DNA of 64,000 nt from an uncultured Planctomycetota bacterium (GTDB lineage Bacteria > Planctomycetota > PLA2 > JAEUHO01): positions 128,001 through 192,000 of the forward strand of contig CAVVXN010000002.1 of assembly GCA_963752285.1 (NCBI GenBank), written 5' to 3'. The notes beneath the pieces are model-generated. The model saw only the letters and a list, made by a program, of their open reading frames with translations. It made no database searches and was not told the origin of the DNA. Positions within the stretch are counted from its first letter, which is position 1, and each line of letters opens with the position of its first letter. The translations under genes were made by a program, and so were the position numbers. Below are positions 57,450-64,000 of the stretch, piece by piece.

Positions 57450-58424
57450 CTACGCGGTCACCGCCTCGGGCTTCGCCGTCGCCGGCTCCTTCACGACCCC
57501 CAGGGGGTAGTACGGGATCATCGCGTCCTGGAGCCACGTGACGCTCTCGGCCGGCGAGAGTCCCCAGTTCGTGGGGCAGACCGAGAGCACCTCGACGAAC
57601 GAGAAGCACACGCCGTCGCGCTGGGCCTCGAACGCCTTCTGGATGTAGCGCTTCGTCTTGATCGTGTTCTTCGCGTCGTGGACCGAGCCCCGCGCGATGA
57701 AGGCGGGCGTCTCGAGGTTCGAGAGGAGCTCCGCGACGCGGAGGGGATACCCGGAGTCCTCGACGTCGCGGCCGAAGGGGGAGGTCGTCGTCTTCTGCCC
57801 GGGGAGCGTGGTCGGGGCCATCTGGCCGCCCGTCATGCCGTAGATGGCGTTGTTGATGAAGATGACCGTGAACTTCTCGCCCCGGTTCGCGGCGTGGAGG
57901 ATCTCGTTCCCGCCGATCGAGGCGAGGTCGCCGTCGCCCTGGTACGTGAAGACGATCCGGTCGGGGCGCGCGCGCTTGGCGCCCGTCGCGACGGCGGGCG
58001 CGCGGCCGTGCGCGGCCTCGAACATGTCGAACGAGAAGTAGTCGTACGCGAGCACGGAACAGCCTACGGGCGCGATCCCGATCGTGCGCCCGTGGAGCCC
58101 CAGCTCCTCGACGACCTCCGCCACGAGGCGGTGCACCACCCCGTGGGTGCAGCCCGGGCAGTAGTGCGACATCTTCTCGGTCAGCCCGGCGGTGTTCGTG
58201 AAGGTCTGCTTGCCCTTGTGGTTCCAGGCCTCGATGCCCTGGTCGGGGCACGAGATCGCGCAGAGCGAGCACCCGGTGCAGTCCTCCTCGCTTCCCGTGA
58301 AGACGACGTAGCGGTAGCCCCGCTCGTTCAGGTCGTCGGACATCTCGATGAGGCCCTTCGGACAGGCCACGATGCAGCGACCGCAGCCCTTGCAGCGTCC
58401 GCGCTCGATCTTGATCTCACCCAT
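57450..58424 (-). CDS. Fused 2x[4Fe-4S] ferredoxin (delta) + TPP-binding beta subunit of the oxidoreductase
   Basis: CKGCGRCIVACP, CTGCSLCAISCP; then YCPGCTHG, GDGDLA, NN.IYGMTGGQ, CPTNWG. Confidence 0.9.
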   Translation of the reverse strand: MGEIKIERGRCKGCGRCIVACPKGLIEMSDDLNERGYRYVVFTGSEEDCTGCSLCAISCPDQGIEAWNHKGKQTFTNTAGLTEKMSHYCPGCTHGVVHRLVAEVVEELGLHGRTIGIAPVGCSVLAYDYFSFDMFEAAHGRAPAVATGAKRARPDRIVFTYQGDGDLASIGGNEILHAANRGEKFTVIFINNAIYGMTGGQMAPTTLPGQKTTTSPFGRDVEDSGYPLRVAELLSNLETPAFIARGSVHDAKNTIKTKRYIQKAFEAQRDGVCFSFVEVLSVCPTNWGLSPAESVTWLQDAMIPYYPLGVVKEPATAKPEAVTA

Positions 58425-59271
58425 GAGCCTCTCCATCGGGGGCCGGGGAACCGGGTTCGCGCCGGGGCGTCTTCCGCCCGACCGTCACGCGGCCGGGCAC
58501 GCCGAGGGGCACCGGGCGGGCCGCCGGCAGAGGCCCCTCGGCGCCGTCGTCGGCGGCGCGGCGTACGAGCCACGGCGGGAGCATGTGGCGCCGCATGACG
58601 AGCCGCGGCACGCCGCAGGCGACGAGGCGCGGGTCGTCGGCGAGGTGCTCCATGACCGCGACCGCGCGCACGGGCGCCCCGGTCTTCTCGGCGACGGCGC
58701 ACGCGAGACCGATCCCGTGGAGGACGGTCTCGACGGTCGTGTCGGTCACGAGGTGCGCGTTCGCGACGTACCCCGTGACGGCGAGCCGGGAGGACGCCTC
58801 GATCGCCCGTTGCACGCCGAGGCAGCCCTCGACGTCCCGCGTGAAGGGCCGCATGGCGTTCACGACCTGCCACAGCTGGTACGGCGCGTCGCCGATCGCC
58901 GTGCGAAACGACGCGAGCGCGCGCGCCCCGACGTCGTCGCCCCCGACGTCGAAGACCGTCGTGGTCCCCGGCCCCGGACGAAGCATCCCGGCGATCTCGG
59001 GCAGCACGATCGGCAGGTCGGCGAACGCTTGCGCGCCCGGCGGAACCACGACGCGGATCCCGTGGTCCCGGAGGAGCGCGGCCGCCTCGCGCGAACGGAA
59101 GTAGGGGTTCACGAGGTCGAGGTCGGCGATCTGGACGCCGCGCCCCGAGTCGGCGAGCGCCAGGGCCAGGTTCACGGCGACCTCGGTCTTTCCCGAGCCG
59201 TAGTTCCCGACGACCATCACGAGCCGCTCGCTGGGCTCCAGGACGTGAGAAACCGGCGTCGGGGCGGCCAT
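58417..59271 (-). CDS. Conserved P-loop NTPase (MinD/ParA/CobB-like) heading the oxidoreductase operon
   Basis: GNYGSGKT, DLDLVNPYFRSRE, DVGGDDVGA. Confidence 0.8.
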   Translation of the reverse strand: MAAPTPVSHVLEPSERLVMVVGNYGSGKTEVAVNLALALADSGRGVQIADLDLVNPYFRSREAAALLRDHGIRVVVPPGAQAFADLPIVLPEIAGMLRPGPGTTTVFDVGGDDVGARALASFRTAIGDAPYQLWQVVNAMRPFTRDVEGCLGVQRAIEASSRLAVTGYVANAHLVTDTTVETVLHGIGLACAVAEKTGAPVRAVAVMEHLADDPRLVACGVPRLVMRRHMLPPWLVRRAADDGAEGPLPAARPVPLGVPGRVTVGRKTPRREPGSPAPDGEAHG

Positions 59272-59325
59272 TGCCCGAATTGTAGCCCTGACGTCCCTTC
59301 GCGACCCGATCTGCGCGGTCCGTCC

Positions 59326-60375
59326 TCAGGTGGTCGCCGGGCGGTCCGTGAAGAAGAGACGAAGCATCCACGCGATCAGGCCGAGCGCGAGGAGGAAGCA
59401 GACGAGGAAGATCGCGAAGACGCCCCACTGGGGCCGGACGGGGATCGTCGCGGGGTCGTACGCGCCCTCGAGCACCACGAGCCGGAGCACGTGTCGCGCG
59501 ACGACCATGCCGAGCACGGCGACCAGGTTCAGCACGCCCGCGAGCACGAAACGCCGCTGGAAGAAGAGCGCGAGCGCGCCGAGGCCTGCGAGCAGCCCCG
59601 CCATCACGCCCCAGATCCCGGCGGACCGCATGAACGCGGGCAGGACGTCGCCCAGCGTCGCGAGGTAGGCCACGCCCACGATGGCGGCGCCGACGAACCC
59701 GTGGAGGTAGATCTTCTTCGCGCCCGCGAACGCCGCCTCGTCGTTCCTCGCGAGCCAGCCGAAGAAGAACGCGCCGACGGCCAGCGCGCCCGTGATCATG
59801 TGCAGCCACCTGACGATCCACGATCCCACGTCCGGGTTCAGGACCAGTCCGCTCTGCGACGACGCGTAGAGCTCCTTCTGGAACGCGGGATGCTCGGCCA
59901 GCGAGAACACCGAGGAGTAGACGACCGAGACGTACAGGAGGCCGAGGACCGCGACCCAGAGCCATACCTTGACCTTCGGGCTCCCCTCGCGCGCCAGGGC
60001 GGCGCCGTAGAGGAAGTAGTACGCGACGATCACGACGATCGGGATCAGGACCCAGAACCAGCCGCTCACGATGGCCGCGCTGTAGAGCGGCTCCGGGAAG
60101 ACGAGCTGGGCGAAGAGGAGGGGGGCCACGCCGAGCGTCACCGTGGCGGCCATCGCGATCGGGAAGAGCCGGAGGTAGAGCCGGACCGTCGGGTTCCGCC
60201 AGCGGTCGGGGATCCGGGCCACGAGGGTGGTCAGGAGCCCCCCGAGGAGGAAGTTCATCGCGAGGAAGTGGAGCGCGAGCGTGAGGAGGTGGAGGGCCGT
60301 CACGAGCCAGAGCGGCGCGGGGAGGGCGTCCACCGTCGGCGGCGGCGTGGACGAGGCGGCGGCGAGGAAGATCAC
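59326..60375 (-). CDS. Polytopic membrane partner subunit of the bd-like oxidase (CydA'-like)
   Basis: HLLTLALHFLAMN, GVAPLLF.QL, RWLHM; about 9 TM; GTGA overlap with the upstream gene. Confidence 0.7.
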   Translation of the reverse strand: MIFLAAASSTPPPTVDALPAPLWLVTALHLLTLALHFLAMNFLLGGLLTTLVARIPDRWRNPTVRLYLRLFPIAMAATVTLGVAPLLFAQLVFPEPLYSAAIVSGWFWVLIPIVVIVAYYFLYGAALAREGSPKVKVWLWVAVLGLLYVSVVYSSVFSLAEHPAFQKELYASSQSGLVLNPDVGSWIVRWLHMITGALAVGAFFFGWLARNDEAAFAGAKKIYLHGFVGAAIVGVAYLATLGDVLPAFMRSAGIWGVMAGLLAGLGALALFFQRRFVLAGVLNLVAVLGMVVARHVLRLVVLEGAYDPATIPVRPQWGVFAIFLVCFLLALGLIAWMLRLFFTDRPATT

Positions 60376-61877
60376 GGCTTCTCCTTCGAGAGCCACGGGC
60401 TCATGTACTCCACCAGGGCGTCGAGCGACGCCTTCGGCCCCGAGAAGACCGGCATGCCCTCGATCCCCTCGGGGTCGGTGAGGAGGTCCCTCAGGTCCCC
60501 GGGGGTGTAGTCGGCGAGCTTCTCGCGCTTGTCGTTGAAGCCTCCGACCTCGTGGCACCGGCTGCACCGCTGCTCGTACACGCGCGCGCCGAGCGCCGCG
60601 CCCTCGAGACCCGACGCCTCGGCGAGCGGGCTCGGGTCCACCCGCTCCCAGATCCAGTCGGCGAGGCGGTCGGCCTCCTCGGCGTTGCCCAGGAAGGGCG
60701 GCATCTTGGCCTTCATGTGCCCGAGGTCCGCGATGGTCGCGCGGACGAACGCGCGGTCCGTGTGCGCGAAGGCCGGGGCGAGCGAGAGGTAACCGCCCAT
60801 CGTGTGGCACGACGCGCACGCGTAGCGGAAGACGTCGGCGCCGGGGTGTCCGGTCGTGAACGTCGTGTGGGCGAGCAGGCCGTCCTTTTGGAACGCGGGC
60901 TCCATCGCGACCGGCTGACCGTTTCCGTACATGTACCCGTAGATCACGTAGGGCTTCCGCGCCGACTCGCGCGCCCACTCGAACGCCCCGAAGCCGACCA
61001 AGCCGAGGGCCAGGAGGGCCACGCCGACGGGGCGGCGGAGCGCGCGCGGCACGGCGTAGCCCAGGACGGCCACCGCGAGGGCCAGGGCCACGCCTGCCCA
61101 CCCGAGCACGCGGAGGGCGTTCTGGGTCACCGCGAGGCGTCCGGTCGCGACGTCGCGGACGTCCACCGGGACGGCGTGCGCGTACCAGAGCGCCCCGAGG
61201 CCCGCGAGCAGGAGGCCCGCGACCGCCCACGTCGCGTCGGTCCGCGCGAAGCGCCGCCTCACGTCCGCGGCGAACCCCGATCCGACGAAGAGGGCCCAGA
61301 GGCCGGCCAAGGCGAGGCACACGCCCGTCCTCAGGACCAGCGACGGGAAGTACGTCGGGTTGAACAAGCCGTCCCAGAAGCCGCCCGTCTCGAGCCACGC
61401 GCCCGGCGTCAGCATGAACGTGACGATGCCGTTGATCACCACGAGGGAGAGCCACGCGAAGACGAAGTAGATCCAGCCGAGCGCCTGGTGCCCCCGCGCC
61501 GACATCCGGTCCCAGCCGTAGAAGTAGAGGATCGCGGAGGTGATCTCGACGAGGAAGAACGTCCACTCGATCGCCCAGCCCCAGACGAACGTGTGGATCA
61601 GGGCGGCGGTCGCGTTGGGGCCGATGAGCCCGATGATGAACCAGATGCCGACGCCCGTGAGCGCGCCGAAGACCAGCGTCACGAGGATGAACGTCTTGGA
61701 GAGACGGCGCACGAAGCGCAGGCGTTCCGCGTCACCGCTTCGACGCGCGCTCCGTTCCACCACCACGAGGTAGAGGCCGCCGCCGATCGCGAAGTGCGAG
61801 ACGAAGACGTGGAGGATGGCGAAGGTCGCCATGAGGACCCCGTAGCCGAGGCCCACGTCCCAGAACGGATACGGCAT
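60372..61877 (-). CDS. Cytochrome bd subunit I-like protein fused to two c-type heme domains
   Basis: HVFVSHFAIGG, GVGIW, WAIEWTFFLVE, FMLTP, RESARKPY; C-terminal CASCH and CSRCH. Confidence 0.85.
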   Translation of the reverse strand: MPYPFWDVGLGYGVLMATFAILHVFVSHFAIGGGLYLVVVERSARRSGDAERLRFVRRLSKTFILVTLVFGALTGVGIWFIIGLIGPNATAALIHTFVWGWAIEWTFFLVEITSAILYFYGWDRMSARGHQALGWIYFVFAWLSLVVINGIVTFMLTPGAWLETGGFWDGLFNPTYFPSLVLRTGVCLALAGLWALFVGSGFAADVRRRFARTDATWAVAGLLLAGLGALWYAHAVPVDVRDVATGRLAVTQNALRVLGWAGVALALAVAVLGYAVPRALRRPVGVALLALGLVGFGAFEWARESARKPYVIYGYMYGNGQPVAMEPAFQKDGLLAHTTFTTGHPGADVFRYACASCHTMGGYLSLAPAFAHTDRAFVRATIADLGHMKAKMPPFLGNAEEADRLADWIWERVDPSPLAEASGLEGAALGARVYEQRCSRCHEVGGFNDKREKLADYTPGDLRDLLTDPEGIEGMPVFSGPKASLDALVEYMSPWLSKEKP

Positions 61878-61970
61878 CGAAGGCTCCGGAAGACCGACGC
61901 GCCCGGCACCGTACGGCCGACGGCGCCCACCCCCAAGCGGCGGCGGGACGGTCGGGTCGCGCCGGCTCGG

Positions 61971-64000
61971 TCAGGCGCCGTCGCCAGCCGCGTCCGGAGC
62001 CTCCTCGCCCTCCGCCTCCCCGACCTCCTCGCCCGCGCCCTCGTCCAGCGACCCGCCGGCGGTCTGGACCGCGCGCCGCCAGTACTGGCGCGCCTGCGAG
62101 ACCGCGCGGCCGAGGAACGTGAGGGGGTCGTAGCGCACGTCGGGGCCGCGCTGGCCGGGTTGGATGCCGGTGAAGAGGCCGAGCGCCTCGTGGATCGTGT
62201 CCACCGCGAAGACGTGGAAGTCGCCCTGCCGGCACGCCTGCACGACGTCCTCGCGCAGCATGAGGTCGCCGACGTTTCGGCGCGGGATGATCACGCCCTG
62301 CGTGCACGTGAGCCCGCCCGCCAGGTCGCGGCACGTGTCGAAGTAGCCCTCGATCTTCTCGTTGACCGCCCCGACCGGGAGGATGTTCCCGACCTGGTCG
62401 ATCGCGCCCGTCATCGCGAGGTCCTGCCGGAGCGGGACGTCGGTGAGCGCCGAGAGGAGGCAGCACATCTCGGCACCGGACGCCGAGTCCCCGTCGATGC
62501 CGCCGTAGCTCTGCTCGAACGCGACCGAGGCGTCGAACGCGAGGGGATGGTCCGTGCGGAGCAGGTACCGCATCAGGCCGCCCAGGATGTAGAAGCCCTT
62601 GTTGTGGATCGCGCCGGAGAGCTCGGACTCCCGCTCGATGTTGATGGCGCCGGCCGTCCCCGGGCCGATCGTCGCGGTGATGCGCTGCGGGAAGCCGTAC
62701 GTGAGCGGGCCGGCCGAGATCACGGCGAGACCGTTGATCTGCCCCACGGCCGTCCCCTGCGTGCGGATGCGGATCGTGCCGTCGGCGATGCGCTCGCGGT
62801 AGCGGCGCGCGGGGAGGTCGGCGCGACCCTTCGTGCGCCGGACGGCCTCGCGCACGTCGTCGGCCGTGACGATGCCCTGCCCGCGGCGCGTGGCGAGGAA
62901 CGAAGCCTCGCGCGCGATGTCCGCGAGGCGGCCGAATCGCACGGTGAGCTTGTCCTGCTGCGCGGCGATGCGCGCGCCGTGCTCGCAGAGGAGGGCCGTG
63001 GCCGTGCGGTCGAAGGGGGCGAGGCTCTCCTCGCGCGCGAGCCGGGAGAGGACGCCCGCGTAGCAGGCGAGCGTGTCGTCGGTGCGCGGGATCACGGAGT
63101 CGAAGTCGGCCAGCACCTTGAAGAGGTGCGGGAAGTCCGCGTCCATCGCGTCGAGCAGGTAGTAGAGCTGCGCGTCGCCCAGCAGGACGACCTTCACGTG
63201 CACCGGGATCGGCTCGGGCTTCACGACCGGGATGCGCCACGGCACGGGCAGGTCCGGCGGCACCATCTCGAGACAGCCCGTGCGGAGGGTCCGGATCAGC
63301 ACCCGCCACGCCCCCGGCATCGTGAGCACGTCGCGCGCGTCCAGGATGAGATAGCCGCCGTCGGCGCGGAGCAGCGACCCGCCGCGCACCATCTGGTGCG
63401 GGATCGCCGAGCCCTCGTCTCGGCCGACCGCGAGGTCCACGGTGCCGACGAGCGTCTGCACCGACGGCGCGTTCTCCACCACGACCGGCACCTGTTCGCC
63501 GTCCTCGTGCGACTGGATGAGGTTCACGTGGTAGAAGCGCGTGAATTCGAGGTTCTCCTCCAGAGAGAGGAGCTGGCGCGTCGTGACGTCCTGGATCACC
63601 TCGTCGAGGAAGGACTGCACGCGCGGCTCGGGAAACGCCCGGCGGAGCGGCCGCGCGGCCTCCTCGAGGAGGGCGCGCGCCTCGCCCTGGAGCAGGTCGC
63701 GATACGCCTCGCGTCCCTTCGCCTGGATCTCCTGGATCTTCTCACCGATCGCCTGCAGGCGCTGGTGGAACTCCCCGATCTTCGCCTTCAGCTTCTCGAT
63801 CTCCTCGTCGGAGATCTTCCCCTCGCGCCGGAGCGTCTCGATCTTGTCGGGCGAAGCCGGCTCGCCGTCCACGAGGGGCACGATCAGGGGCCGGGTGATC
63901 TGCCCCACCTGGATCTGGACGAGCGCGAGGCCCGCGGCGCGGAGCTCGTCGTCGAAGGGCTTGCCGACCGCCTCCAGGGTGGACGACGTCTCGCGCTCGA
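61971..64000 (-). CDS. Lon-like ATP-dependent protease (AAA + S16 domain), 5' end outside window
   Basis: GSLLRADGGYLIL, KVVLLG, FKVLADFD, VGQINGL, FEQSYGGIDGDSAS (catalytic Ser), EKIEG (Lys). Confidence 0.9.
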   Translation of the reverse strand, partial: ERETSSTLEAVGKPFDDELRAAGLALVQIQVGQITRPLIVPLVDGEPASPDKIETLRREGKISDEEIEKLKAKIGEFHQRLQAIGEKIQEIQAKGREAYRDLLQGEARALLEEAARPLRRAFPEPRVQSFLDEVIQDVTTRQLLSLEENLEFTRFYHVNLIQSHEDGEQVPVVVENAPSVQTLVGTVDLAVGRDEGSAIPHQMVRGGSLLRADGGYLILDARDVLTMPGAWRVLIRTLRTGCLEMVPPDLPVPWRIPVVKPEPIPVHVKVVLLGDAQLYYLLDAMDADFPHLFKVLADFDSVIPRTDDTLACYAGVLSRLAREESLAPFDRTATALLCEHGARIAAQQDKLTVRFGRLADIAREASFLATRRGQGIVTADDVREAVRRTKGRADLPARRYRERIADGTIRIRTQGTAVGQINGLAVISAGPLTYGFPQRITATIGPGTAGAINIERESELSGAIHNKGFYILGGLMRYLLRTDHPLAFDASVAFEQSYGGIDGDSASGAEMCCLLSALTDVPLRQDLAMTGAIDQVGNILPVGAVNEKIEGYFDTCRDLAGGLTCTQGVIIPRRNVGDLMLREDVVQACRQGDFHVFAVDTIHEALGLFTGIQPGQRGPDVRYDPLTFLGRAVSQARQYWRRAVQTAGGSLDEGAGEEVGEAEGEEAPDAAGDGA

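Overview
Very GC-rich bacterial chromosome segment, probably Planctomycetota. That assignment is an inference from a Planctomycete-type ECF sigma/Ser-Thr kinase pair, the kdsB-pyrG-DUF1844 order, and many PEP-CTERM and HEAT-repeat genes. Housekeeping and metabolic genes: propionyl-CoA route (mce, pccB, biotin carboxylase, BCCP, split methylmalonyl-CoA mutase), rluD, kdsB, pyrG, a nucleotide-sugar dehydrogenase, hemG/Y, fbp, a VOR-type 2-oxoacid:ferredoxin oxidoreductase operon, a cytochrome c-fused bd-like oxidase pair and a Lon-like protease. These are interspersed with many surface or exported proteins. Main observations: (1) a ~7.7 kb integrase-less cassette (3 PEP-CTERM genes, ECF sigma + kinase, SnoaL) bounded by 180-bp direct repeats of the pccB 3' end; (2) three tandem LVIVD-repeat lipoproteins, where copy 2 is a mosaic sharing a 307-bp near-identical block with copy 1, and all three carry the same upstream motif GTAAY-N15-GCCAC-N-CCCT; (3) six PEP-CTERM genes plus an 'empty' remnant, with conserved ends and dissimilar middles; (4) a WD40 + 8-heme + HEAT/TPR lipoprotein. 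At least five single-base frameshifts look like long-read assembly errors. I found no rRNA, tRNA, CRISPR array or transposase. All calls come from reading motifs by eye; no database searches were run.
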